Virus record (IMG/VR): IMGVR_UViG_3300020048_000033
Span: 85,156-143,203 of that record
Length of the DNA stretch: 58,048 nt
Direction: 5' to 3' (one strand)
DNA from: a virus
Lineage: Duplodnaviria > Heunggongvirae > Uroviricota > Caudoviricetes
The notes under the pieces were generated by a model, which saw only the letters and a program-made list of their open reading frames with translations, was not told the origin of the DNA and did no database searches. Position 1 is the first letter of the stretch; the number at the start of each line of letters is the position of its first letter. Below, one piece after another: positions 47,327 to 56,598 of the stretch. A program made the position numbers and the translations under genes.

Positions 47327-48580
47327 ATGGCAAAGAAAAAAGAGAAAGAAAAAGAGGTTGAGGTTGCTGAGGATGTTTCTCAGGAAGGTGAAGGTTCTGG
47401 GAAATTAAATCTTAGAGCTTTTAGAAAAGCAATGAGTGGACTTGCCGAAACGTATACTAAGATTATCGTAGATGTTACCTCAAATCAAATGAAGCGTGGA
47501 GTATTTCTAAATTCCCCTCAGCTAACTTATTTGTTTGGTGGTCAATACCCTACAGATCGTATCATGCAGGTTCAAGGTCCAGAAAGTTCAGGAAAATCTA
47601 CGTTGAGTAATTACATTGCAGGTGAGCTTCAGAAGAAAAAACCTAAACAGCCCATTGTTGTTTATGTTGATTATGAAAGAACCTTCGACCCAATTTATGC
47701 AAATAGACTTGGACTCGATACTTCACCCGAAATGTTTGTTCTTCTTCAACCTGAAAATGGTGAAGATGGATTTGAAGCTATGGATGCCCTTATTAAAACT
47801 GGGGTCGTCTGTTGTATTATTTTGGACTCCGATGCGGCAATGCCTACAAAAGCTATGACCAAAGACGAATACGGTAAAGCTTCTTTTGGTGGTTCAGCCC
47901 GTCTAACTTCGGACGCTTTGAAAAGAATTAATATTCTTCTTAACAAATACGATACCAATCTTATTTGGATTTCACAGGAAAGAGCTTCCATGGCAATGTT
48001 CGGTGCCAATTATGCGGCAACTGGTGGAAACTCCATTAGATTCTTCGCATCAATTAGAAACAGGATTACCAGAGTTGAAACCATTAAGGGTGGAGAAGAT
48101 GGTAAAACCGATATTGGAATTCAGATCAAGGTTCGTAACCTTAAGAATAAAACCAGTATTCCTTGGAGAGAAGCTATCATGAATCTCTACTTTGATGGTG
48201 GATTTCAGATAGATGCAGAATATGTAGACTTCCTTATTAGTTTAGATATCGTTAAACAGAAAGGCGCATATTTTTACATGCCCGGTATTGAAAAGGGTGT
48301 ACAAGGAAGAAAAGAACTTATTGTCTGGCTCGAAGCCAATCCAACCCAATATGATATCTGGAAAAAAGAAGTTCTTGAAAAACTTAGTGGTAAGCTTGAA
48401 GCCGATGCAAACAATGTTGAACCTGAGGAAGATAAAGCATTGCCTGTTCGTGGAGAAACTGCTACTCAGAAAGTTGTTAACTTGGCTGTACAAGCATTGG
48501 GTCTTGCAAGTGAAGCAATTGAAGAAAGCTTTGAAAATGAAAGTTTTAATGAAGATTCTCCCGATCTAGGGATTCTGTAG
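47327..48580 (+). CDS. recA: RecA/UvsX-like recombinase
   Basis: GPESSGKST, YVDYERTFDP, ILDSDAAM, WISQER, TGGNSIRFFASIR. Confidence 0.95.
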   Translation: MAKKKEKEKEVEVAEDVSQEGEGSGKLNLRAFRKAMSGLAETYTKIIVDVTSNQMKRGVFLNSPQLTYLFGGQYPTDRIMQVQGPESSGKSTLSNYIAGELQKKKPKQPIVVYVDYERTFDPIYANRLGLDTSPEMFVLLQPENGEDGFEAMDALIKTGVVCCIILDSDAAMPTKAMTKDEYGKASFGGSARLTSDALKRINILLNKYDTNLIWISQERASMAMFGANYAATGGNSIRFFASIRNRITRVETIKGGEDGKTDIGIQIKVRNLKNKTSIPWREAIMNLYFDGGFQIDAEYVDFLISLDIVKQKGAYFYMPGIEKGVQGRKELIVWLEANPTQYDIWKKEVLEKLSGKLEADANNVEPEEDKALPVRGETATQKVVNLAVQALGLASEAIEESFENESFNEDSPDLGIL

Positions 48581-48607
48581 AAAAGGGAGCCGAAAGGCTC
48601 CTTTTTT
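48581..48607 (+). terminator. intrinsic terminator
   Basis: GGAGCC-GAAA-GGCTCC followed by TTTTTT. Confidence 0.92.
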
Positions 48608-48616
48608 CATAAAGAT

Positions 48617-48645
48617 TTGAACTTTCTGAGATAATCCTATATATT
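48617..48645 (+). promoter_or_regulatory. sigma70-type (early) promoter
   Basis: TTGAAC-17 nt-TATATT; same elements at 51015 and 51822. Confidence 0.7.
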
Positions 48646-48823
48646 ATATGTATAACACCTAATGGATTATTTCACTCAAAATAAAATAACACTAAGATTA
48701 TTTGCGTAATTGGCTATATAGTAAAGAAACTAATAAGATTATAAAATATTGCATAATAAGTAAATATATATTAAAATTTTGTTAATCTTTATATAAGAAC
48801 GTTAGATAGGATGGATATATTAA

Positions 48824-50539
48824 ATGGTAAATGACAAGTGGAATACTATTGAATGGATGGGAACCCTAATATTCCCAAAAGAATACGAATCTCAGAAATA
48901 CAATACCAAAGGTATTGGCCCTTTTGAAAAAGATTTGGAGGAAATGCTATATCACTTTGCGTCAAAGTTAGACACTGAGTATATGGGTAATCCTCTCTTC
49001 ACTAAAAATTTCTATAACTCAATCAAGTCATTTCTTCCTGTGGCATATAGCAAGAAAGAATTTCCCAAAGACTTCATGCCCTATCTTGATCTTATCAAGA
49101 AAGATATTGAAACAAAAAAACTTACCAAAGTATCTCTTTCAGCGAAAGAAAACAAAGCCAAGAAAGCTGAACTCGACAAGATGAAAGCTGATAATGGTTT
49201 CGTTATGCACGATGGAGTAAAACAGCCCCTCGGAACATACTGTATCGAACCACCGGGTATTTTGATTACTCGGGGAACAGACAAACGAATTGGTTCTTGG
49301 AAAGCTAGAACATATCCTGAGGACGTAATCATTAATGCTACCAAAGGAAAAGCCCCTGTAGCACCTGAGGGTCATAAGTGGAAAGCCGTTGTTGAAAATA
49401 AAAAAGCTCTGTGGTGTGCTACTTATTTTGTAAAGATAAAAGGTTTTGATGATCTCCCCAAGAAGATTCTATTTGGTGCTACTTCTACACTTACCAAGGG
49501 TAATGAACAAATTAAGTATGAAAAAGCTCGTAAGCTTATTCTTAAATGGGAAGATATTCAGAAACACATCTTTGATAGTTTTCGTTCTAAGGATAAAAAG
49601 TTTCAGCTTACTGCCATGGTTGTATATCTTGTACAGCTCACTGGTTGCAGAATTGGAAATGACAAAGACCTTGAAGTAGTTGCAGATACGGTAGGTGTTA
49701 GTACCTTGAGAAAAGAACATATTAGCCTTAAGGGAAATATGCTTACTCTGGAATTCTTTGGTAAAGATTCCGTTATGTATAAAAATACTATTGAAGTTTG
49801 TAGTCAAGCATCCACCATTCTTAAGGAACTATTGGACTCCAAAAAAGATTCTGATGAAGTATTTGCTGAGGTATCATCTGTAGATGCCACCGCATTTTTA
49901 AGAGTTATCGTAAAAGATGCAAGCATTAAAACTTTCAGAACTGCTTATGGTACAAAATTGCTTTGTGAAGAACTCCAGAAATTGGATTTTTCAGAACCAA
50001 CCCTTACCATTACTCAGAAACTTCATATGTATGATCTGTGTACTCTTGAGGTAGCTAAAAAGCTTAACCATAAAAAGACCCCTCCGAAGAACTTTGATGA
50101 AAAAACAGAGACACTAAACTCTCGCCTTGAGATGGAAAAAGAAAACGCAAAGGAATTGGAAAAGAAACTTTCTTCTGATATGAAAGACCTTCTGAAACAG
50201 ATTACTATTGCTAAAGAAACCTTCTCTGGTGTTCAGCTTAAAAAATCTTTGGAAAAGTTTGCAGAGAAAAAAGAAAAACTTTCGCTTCGTCTTGCAAGTG
50301 TTAAAACAAGTCTTGAACAAAAAGAAACAAAGTTGAAGTTTAGAGCCGATACAAAAGAAATTGCAATTGGTACTTCAAGGTCTTCCTATTCAAGTCCTCG
50401 TATCGCCTACTCATGGTGTAAAGATACTGGGGTTCCTATTGAAATGATTTATTCAAAAACCGCAATCGGAAAAATGGATTGGGCTTCGGATACACCTGTT
50501 TCTTATTATAAGAAATTTCCTAACGTAAAAGCAAGCTAA
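48824..50539 (+). CDS. top1: DNA topoisomerase IB, large eukaryote/archaeal-type architecture
   Basis: KW..E..G..FP..Y, EPPG..RG...G.WK.R..PEDV.IN, GHKWK.V, CRIGN (R276), GKDS (K314), KTFRT (R372), LNH (H416), GTS..SY..PRI (Y522). Confidence 0.95.
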   Translation: MVNDKWNTIEWMGTLIFPKEYESQKYNTKGIGPFEKDLEEMLYHFASKLDTEYMGNPLFTKNFYNSIKSFLPVAYSKKEFPKDFMPYLDLIKKDIETKKLTKVSLSAKENKAKKAELDKMKADNGFVMHDGVKQPLGTYCIEPPGILITRGTDKRIGSWKARTYPEDVIINATKGKAPVAPEGHKWKAVVENKKALWCATYFVKIKGFDDLPKKILFGATSTLTKGNEQIKYEKARKLILKWEDIQKHIFDSFRSKDKKFQLTAMVVYLVQLTGCRIGNDKDLEVVADTVGVSTLRKEHISLKGNMLTLEFFGKDSVMYKNTIEVCSQASTILKELLDSKKDSDEVFAEVSSVDATAFLRVIVKDASIKTFRTAYGTKLLCEELQKLDFSEPTLTITQKLHMYDLCTLEVAKKLNHKKTPPKNFDEKTETLNSRLEMEKENAKELEKKLSSDMKDLLKQITIAKETFSGVQLKKSLEKFAEKKEKLSLRLASVKTSLEQKETKLKFRADTKEIAIGTSRSSYSSPRIAYSWCKDTGVPIEMIYSKTAIGKMDWASDTPVSYYKKFPNVKAS

Positions 50540-50550
50540 AGGAGCTTAAT

Positions 50551-50808
50551 GTGAAAAAGATAATTTTGTTTTGTTTTATTGGAATGTTGTTTGTAGGATG
50601 TACTCACTATGACAGTAAGACCGGAATTGCTTTTCAGATTCCCAATGCAAACGTTCTTCCTGAGGGTTTTGAAAAAGTGAGAGAAGCGGGAAATGGATGG
50701 TACTTATATTCAAGTCCCGTTGGATTTTTTCTCGTAAGTGTTCAAGGAAGGAGTACTCAATCTCCCTTCGTTGAAATGGTACCACTTGGTAGAGATTTAG
50801 CCGAGTGA
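50551..50808 (+). CDS. small lipoprotein
   Basis: MKKIILFCFIGMLFVG-C signal peptide II / lipobox. Confidence 0.7.
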   Translation: MKKIILFCFIGMLFVGCTHYDSKTGIAFQIPNANVLPEGFEKVREAGNGWYLYSSPVGFFLVSVQGRSTQSPFVEMVPLGRDLAE

Positions 50809-50993
50809 AAGCCTGTAAGGTAATTAAACACTCGATATCAATCGAGTATGAATGTCCTGAGGATAAGGCAAAACACTCAATTAATATTAAAAACCCCCGT
50901 ATTAGTGATGGACAACACTTTTCAGACTGGGAATATGAATATATCACTTTCACCTGCCCTTTCTGCAAAAAAACCCACAATTTTGAGATTTGA
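50805..50993 (+). CDS. small Cys/His-rich (Zn-binding) protein
   Basis: CPEDKAKH...CPFCKKTH; GTGA overlap with the upstream gene. Confidence 0.6.
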   Translation: MKACKVIKHSISIEYECPEDKAKHSINIKNPRISDGQHFSDWEYEYITFTCPFCKKTHNFEI

Positions 50994-51014
50994 GACCGTA
51001 TTTGTTGAAAAGAT

Positions 51015-51043
51015 TTGAACTTTACCTAAAACTCCTATATATT
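51015..51043 (+). promoter_or_regulatory. sigma70-type (early) promoter
   Basis: TTGAAC-17 nt-TATATT. Confidence 0.75.
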
Positions 51044-51069
51044 ATATATGTAGGATACTAGGAGAAAGC

Positions 51070-51813
51070 ATGAACAAAGAACAAATCTCAGGGGGTTATG
51101 TAGACCCCATAAAATGGAGAAAAATTGCTCTAAAGTACCTTCAAGGTAGTGATAAGATTAAAGATTATTACAATCTTTACTCTCTTGGTACTTTCGAGGG
51201 AATGGGGATGCCAGCAAACCCTTCTCAATTTTATCATAAGTCTTGGAATGAATTGATAGGAAAAGGAGTACCCATTTCAGACCCTTTGGAATGGAGAAAA
51301 ATTGCCCTAAAATATCTGAGCGATCCTCCAACTAGAGGTGAATACTCTAAGTTGTATAAAAAAGGAACCTTCCATGGTCTGGGGATGCCTCAGAATCCCT
51401 TGAGTAAATATAAAATGACATGGAATGAACTCGTTGGGAAAGAAGTTTTCCTTGAAAACTACCTTGATTGGAGAGCAGTAGCCTTAAAGTTTCTTAATGG
51501 AAACCTTACTTCCACAGAATACTACCGATTACACAAACTTGGGGTATTTAAGGGTATGGGTATGACCAGTTCACCAATAAGTTTCTACCGTAAAAATTGG
51601 GTAGAATTAATTGGAAAGGAACCTACTCTCATCGAAGACCCCTTGGAATGGAGAAAGATTGCATTAAGCTTCCTTAAGGATAATACTACTTGGGCAGAAT
51701 ATGACCGGCTATATAAATCAGGGGCTTTTTCTTGCTCAGGGTTAAAAATGCCGTCTAATCCAATGGAAAAGTATGGTAAAAAATGGAATGAGCTTATTGG
51801 TAAAGAAAAGTGA
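51070..51813 (+). CDS. protein of four ~59-aa repeats (resembles 'phage-integrase repeat unit' putative DNA-binding modules)
   Basis: W R.IAL.(Y/F)L...EY..L...G.F.G.GMP.NP...Y...W.ELIGK four times. Confidence 0.7.
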   Translation: MNKEQISGGYVDPIKWRKIALKYLQGSDKIKDYYNLYSLGTFEGMGMPANPSQFYHKSWNELIGKGVPISDPLEWRKIALKYLSDPPTRGEYSKLYKKGTFHGLGMPQNPLSKYKMTWNELVGKEVFLENYLDWRAVALKFLNGNLTSTEYYRLHKLGVFKGMGMTSSPISFYRKNWVELIGKEPTLIEDPLEWRKIALSFLKDNTTWAEYDRLYKSGAFSCSGLKMPSNPMEKYGKKWNELIGKEK

Positions 51814-51821
51814 GTTTACTT

Positions 51822-51850
51822 TTGAACTTTTCCTAAAAACCCTATATATT
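51822..51850 (+). promoter_or_regulatory. sigma70-type (early) promoter
   Basis: TTGAAC-17 nt-TATATT. Confidence 0.75.
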
Positions 51851-51909
51851 ATATATGTAGGGTTTACCTACTAATTAAGGTAGAAAACAATTAAATTTAG
51901 GAGTTTATT

Positions 51910-53079
51910 ATGTCAAGACAAGAAATTCATTTCCCCGTAGGGATAAGCGCATATGGGATACTTACAGGAACCCTATCTTTTGATAGATATTTTTCGGTAT
52001 GTACCGATGTCCATGTTCCTTTTATATTCAATATTGAAAATGAGGATGTTGAAGGTCGTATCGATGGTATGGTTGGTACGGAATCAGAAGAAGATAAAGG
52101 TTTTTGGATAAAATGGGCTGAACAGCTTGGTTTTGATAAATCCGAAGAAGAAAGTACGGATGATAATGATGAAGATTATGAAAATGATGAAGGTTACATT
52201 TCAGACAATTTAGTAAAGAGCGCATTCAATTACATCGTAAAATATTTGGAAAACAATTCTGATGAAGCCCTCGAAGTTCTTTATGATTGCTCATGTGCTT
52301 ATGGATGTACCCCTACTATCAATGGTGAAAAATATCACCTCGAATCAAGTGGTGGCGGTCAACATGACCCCAGAAAGGACGAAGGTTTCGTTCCTTATGA
52401 TAATGAACTTATCAGGAGAGTTTACGCCGCATGGGATAACTATCATCTCAAATATCGTGAAGATATGTCAGAAGAAGATTTAGCTGTTATTGAGAATCTT
52501 ATTTCTGACCTTGCCACGGCAGGATATACCGAAGAAAACCAATACGACTTTTTCGATTCTGACTCCACCCCTATTATCAGCTTGATTAAAGAATATTTGG
52601 AATCCTCAAATACTGATCGTATTCAAGAATCTATCGAAGAAAGTTTCTTAAGGGGAGCTTTTTCCTTTGCAACTTCAACAGAATACATGGTAGAACTAAC
52701 TGCTGAGGAAGATAAGGTTTCAATCGACTGGGACATTCTTAATAAAGATGATCAGATAATTGAACAAAACTTCATTAAAATCCTTAAAAGAGAATTAGTT
52801 TCTGCCAATGATGAGGGTCATTTAGGTGATGATACATTGGGGGGATCTATTACGGTATCGGCTACTAGTGTACCGGCTTTTCTTTACACTAACATGCAGG
52901 ATAATAGTCTTGAGGATAATGATAGATTAGTTATTACCTATCTCAATGAAAAAGTAAATGAATATTCCAAAGAACTTTTGGAAGGAACAAGTAGCATGGG
53001 ATACCTTTTGTTGGAAAATGCAAGCTGGGAAATCCATATTGATAATCCAAACGAATTGTATCTTTCAGAATTGCTTTAA
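51910..53079 (+). CDS. acidic hypothetical protein
   Basis: 389 aa, strongly D/E-rich; GGAG SD. Confidence 0.75.
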   Translation: MSRQEIHFPVGISAYGILTGTLSFDRYFSVCTDVHVPFIFNIENEDVEGRIDGMVGTESEEDKGFWIKWAEQLGFDKSEEESTDDNDEDYENDEGYISDNLVKSAFNYIVKYLENNSDEALEVLYDCSCAYGCTPTINGEKYHLESSGGGQHDPRKDEGFVPYDNELIRRVYAAWDNYHLKYREDMSEEDLAVIENLISDLATAGYTEENQYDFFDSDSTPIISLIKEYLESSNTDRIQESIEESFLRGAFSFATSTEYMVELTAEEDKVSIDWDILNKDDQIIEQNFIKILKRELVSANDEGHLGDDTLGGSITVSATSVPAFLYTNMQDNSLEDNDRLVITYLNEKVNEYSKELLEGTSSMGYLLLENASWEIHIDNPNELYLSELL

Positions 53080-53086
53080 TTTTAAC

Positions 53087-53116
53087 AAAGGGGAATGGGT
53101 AACTCCATTCCCTTTT
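53087..53116 (+). terminator. intrinsic terminator
   Basis: GGGAATGG-GTAACT-CCATTCCC followed by TTTTT. Confidence 0.8.
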
Positions 53117-53139
53117 TATTTTAGTAAAGGAGGTTATAA

Positions 53140-53298
53140 ATGGATAAGTGTATTTGGACATATCATTCTGAGTCAAAGACCTCGGGGAAATATTTCAACA
53201 CCAGTTGCACCAATAAAGATCACCCCGTTGTTTATGGATTAAAAACCGAGGGCAAGTGTATTCTTTGTGAAAAAGAAATAGAGGTGAAACTTAAATGA
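53140..53298 (+). CDS. 52-aa Cys-containing protein (not in the ORF track)
   Basis: AGGAGG SD; MDKCIWTYHSESKTSGKYFNTSCTNKDHPVVYGLKTEGKCILCEKEIEVKLK; ATGA overlap with the next ORF. Confidence 0.7.
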   Translation: MDKCIWTYHSESKTSGKYFNTSCTNKDHPVVYGLKTEGKCILCEKEIEVKLK

Positions 53299-53504
53299 AA
53301 CCTATTTTCAAATCAGGCGACTCGGTGAATATTAGACATCGTTGTCAAAGCTCTTTTTCAGAAACTGTTGGGGAAATTAAGTTTGAAGAATCTACCCTGT
53401 TTGGTTCACCTGCCCACTTCGAGTATCAACTGTCGGGTTCACGTTCTTGGTGGAGGGAATCCTGCTTGATGCCACACGAAGAATGGTTACAACTTAAAGC
53501 TTAA
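53295..53504 (+). CDS. small SH3/KOW-like hypothetical protein
   Basis: FKSGDSV....VGEI....YQL....WW.E..L. Confidence 0.6.
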   Translation: MKPIFKSGDSVNIRHRCQSSFSETVGEIKFEESTLFGSPAHFEYQLSGSRSWWRESCLMPHEEWLQLKA

Positions 53505-53506
53505 AG

Positions 53507-53538
53507 AAAAGACTACTGAATTAACAGTAGTCTTTTTT
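53507..53538. terminator. bidirectional intrinsic terminator
   Basis: AAAAGACTACTG-AATTAA-CAGTAGTCTTTT between convergent genes. Confidence 0.9.
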
Positions 53539-53552
53539 ATTAGATGGATATT

Positions 53553-55037
53553 TTAGTAATCACCCAGCTTTGTACAATATACTATTGAACCTAGGCTACC
53601 AGAAACAGTAAGAATTAAGTTTTGAGATACACCTACACTTGACCATACATAGGTTGGTGCAGAACCACCGGCTCGACTTATTACATGAGTATAGAAATAG
53701 GGTGAAAGGGCTGAACCACATATATGAACCATTTCGCTACTTCCCATACCAGAATTACCATTCCAACTTTTTATAATAAATACTGCGGAATGCCCGCTGT
53801 AACTATTGAAAGGAACTATAAGATTTCCATCTCCAATTCTGGAATAAGTTGTTTTTCCAACAAGATGTGTTGGATATCCAGTACTATCATTTACTACTAT
53901 AGCATTTGGTGTTTCTGACACAGATTTAACTTGAGAATCCACAAGAGTAGGATCGAGAGAGTATGCGTATTCTTCTTCTACTGACCAAAGATTAGAATCC
54001 AAATAGATATTACCCAAGTGTCCTTTAAATGTTGAATTTCCTGCTTCTGTTTTTCCTATATAAAGATACGCAGGGGTTACATTTAATGCCATTGTTAATC
54101 CGGTTTTTATCTCGAATAGAACTCCATCTTTATATACAGTAATAATTCCGGTAGTTCTATTAATACTACACCCTATTGTATGATTAGTTCCTGTGAAGAA
54201 ATTAAGAAAAGAAGCATACATTAAAGCTGAGCCATTCCAATAAGAAATAATTAAAGTTGTTGAGTTAGCACCTCTTAAAATTGCTTGATGGTATAAACCA
54301 TTTTGACCTAAAATATTTTGATTTACTGTTAGACCTTCAATATTATTCCAAGTGCAATGCATATTAAATATAGCAGGTTGTGAAAAGTAATCTTGGGATT
54401 TTAAATAAGAATTAAATCCATTGAAGCTCAGGTCTCTTGAAAACTTACCCTTAGTTGAAATACAAGAAGTATTTATAAAGTTTAAGTTATTACCTGATTT
54501 ATCATAAAGTAAGGTAGAATATACTCCTGTACCTACATAAAGTTCTGCAATATCACAAAAGGTTGAGCAGGATATGTAGAAACCATTAGTTGCTATCCCC
54601 ACAGGAATAATTCCAGAAGTAATCCAATATGTCCCCATATCTTTTCCATAATAGTAATTATCAACACCAGTCCAAATAGTAATTTGACCATTTGTAGTTC
54701 CTGTTTTTAATATTTTCAATGAAAAAAATTGACCCGCAACAAGTGTTAAATCACTTTTATTAAGTACTGATGCGTAACCATTTCCTGCTACACAGTGGAG
54801 ATTACCTGCAACAAGTGTTACTGCTCCTCCCTGCATATCTGCCCAACCATCTACAGCATTTTTAGGAAATCTATAAGTTATTCCCCCATCTGGAATATCC
54901 ATAATTCCATCACCGGTTAGTTGACCTAATCTTGAAATACTAGAATACTTTGTATCTTGTATTGTAGACCACTTGTTTGTTTTATAAACAAAGTTTTTGA
55001 AAATCTGTCCCTCTACAGGACTTATTGGAAATGACAT
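53553..55037 (-). CDS. tail fibre / receptor-binding protein with LamG (concanavalin-A-like) domain
   Basis: FPISPVEGQ start; YDKSGNNLNF...SFNGFNSY...TVYKDG...LYIGK...FKGHLGNI. Confidence 0.75.
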   Translation of the reverse strand: MSFPISPVEGQIFKNFVYKTNKWSTIQDTKYSSISRLGQLTGDGIMDIPDGGITYRFPKNAVDGWADMQGGAVTLVAGNLHCVAGNGYASVLNKSDLTLVAGQFFSLKILKTGTTNGQITIWTGVDNYYYGKDMGTYWITSGIIPVGIATNGFYISCSTFCDIAELYVGTGVYSTLLYDKSGNNLNFINTSCISTKGKFSRDLSFNGFNSYLKSQDYFSQPAIFNMHCTWNNIEGLTVNQNILGQNGLYHQAILRGANSTTLIISYWNGSALMYASFLNFFTGTNHTIGCSINRTTGIITVYKDGVLFEIKTGLTMALNVTPAYLYIGKTEAGNSTFKGHLGNIYLDSNLWSVEEEYAYSLDPTLVDSQVKSVSETPNAIVVNDSTGYPTHLVGKTTYSRIGDGNLIVPFNSYSGHSAVFIIKSWNGNSGMGSSEMVHICGSALSPYFYTHVISRAGGSAPTYVWSSVGVSQNLILTVSGSLGSIVYCTKLGDY

Positions 55038-55053
55038 TTAGTGTCCCCTTTTA

Positions 55054-56583
55054 TTAAGCTATTACATATGTTACAGAAAACATTATTGCACTTGTATTTA
55101 CAAAGTTTGAGTTTGTCAATGGCAATAAACTTCCTGCTTCGTTAAGTTGTTCAAGATATACCTCAGTTGTGTTTTTAACTGCATACCCAAATACCTGTCC
55201 TGTATAGGTAACTAAATACATCCACAAAGATGCAGGTGAATAACTATTGTTATGGTCTTTAACAGAAAAAGGCAAACCTGATATCGAGGCTAATCCAACA
55301 GAACTTCCTTTATTAGTTATTGTAATATACCCTGATACAGTGCATCTATTTCCTACAAGTTGCCATTGTGCTTGTCTAACTCCATAGGTTACTCCAACAG
55401 ATGCTCCACCAAAGTTTAATGTCATATCACATACACCATTTGGAAAACCAATATTTCCTAAACCATCTCTTGAAGCTAATGAATAAGGCATAGAAGTATT
55501 TGATTTTATTTGACTATCAATTCCCTTAGAGTCAATATAAAGTTTATACATTTCATCTGATGTCCAAATTCTTGAGTCATAACGGAAAGCGGAAATTATT
55601 CCCTTTAGGGGGAGGGAACTATCTACACTATCCTTTCCTAAGAAAAGAGCATTTGTTGATTTCACCATTGGAGATGTCAATGTTAATGGGGGAATATCCA
55701 CGCCATTAATTTGAATATTACATGCAGTTGCGGTAATCGTAAGTACTATAGTATCAAAATCCGTAGTCCCTGATGAAAGTGTATAAAAAGTATTTGACTG
55801 CAATGTTCCTGACCCAAAACGAATTACCATTGTATTATTAGAAATAACATCAAGGATAAATCCTATTGTTTTCCCTGCTTGAGTATTATCAATAAGTCGA
55901 TAAGTTCCTATTGCGTCTCTTTTGAATTTAATTAGTATTGAGCCTGTTGCTCCGATGACAGGGTTATTTGCTTGCAAGAAACTTGTTGCACCATTAAATA
56001 GTAAACCCTTTCCATCAGGTGAAGCTACTGGAAGACAATTATTGTTTGTGAAGTTATTTCCATTTCCTGACTTGTCATAAACTTTTGAAGAGTAGTTACC
56101 TGTTCCTAAATATAAACTAGATATCTCAATTACTCCATTAATTCCATAACAGATTGGTGTACCTGATGTCATAGATACACTTACCGTATGCCATGAGGGG
56201 TTTGTTGTTGATAAGGGAGATGGAGAGTTACCATAAACAAACTGACCGCTTATTACTCTGCATCTAATAACCATTATTCCTGTAAAAACATTACCCGTAT
56301 AATAGTATCCTTCATTTACACTATCAGCAGTTAAAGTCCATATGCCATTTGAAAAAGTATTGACAGGGGTTACATTAATAATCCATCCAACTGGTGGAGC
56401 AGTAAAATATGAATTAGAATAAACCGCTACTCCATCAGGAATTTCTGGAACACCATCACCGGATATTTCACAGACACGAGAAATGTCTGAGACAAGATTA
56501 TCATTAATTATATTCCATTTATCCGTTTTATAAATATAGTTCTTAAAGATTTGTCCCTCTATAGGACTTAGTGGAAATGCCAT
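55054..56583 (-). CDS. tail fibre / receptor-binding protein with LamG domain, paralogue of 53553-55037
   Basis: FPLSPIEGQ start; YDKSGNGNNF...LFNGATSF...LFLGK...LKGIISAFR. Confidence 0.75.
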   Translation of the reverse strand: MAFPLSPIEGQIFKNYIYKTDKWNIINDNLVSDISRVCEISGDGVPEIPDGVAVYSNSYFTAPPVGWIINVTPVNTFSNGIWTLTADSVNEGYYYTGNVFTGIMVIRCRVISGQFVYGNSPSPLSTTNPSWHTVSVSMTSGTPICYGINGVIEISSLYLGTGNYSSKVYDKSGNGNNFTNNNCLPVASPDGKGLLFNGATSFLQANNPVIGATGSILIKFKRDAIGTYRLIDNTQAGKTIGFILDVISNNTMVIRFGSGTLQSNTFYTLSSGTTDFDTIVLTITATACNIQINGVDIPPLTLTSPMVKSTNALFLGKDSVDSSLPLKGIISAFRYDSRIWTSDEMYKLYIDSKGIDSQIKSNTSMPYSLASRDGLGNIGFPNGVCDMTLNFGGASVGVTYGVRQAQWQLVGNRCTVSGYITITNKGSSVGLASISGLPFSVKDHNNSYSPASLWMYLVTYTGQVFGYAVKNTTEVYLEQLNEAGSLLPLTNSNFVNTSAIMFSVTYVIA

Positions 56584-56598
56584 TTTGTACTCCTTGGT

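Noticed and set aside
48824-50539. Eukaryotic giant-virus origin of the contig
   Set aside because: SD motifs, bacterial terminators, STAS, sigma, RecA, DnaX and baseplate genes indicate a bacteriophage.
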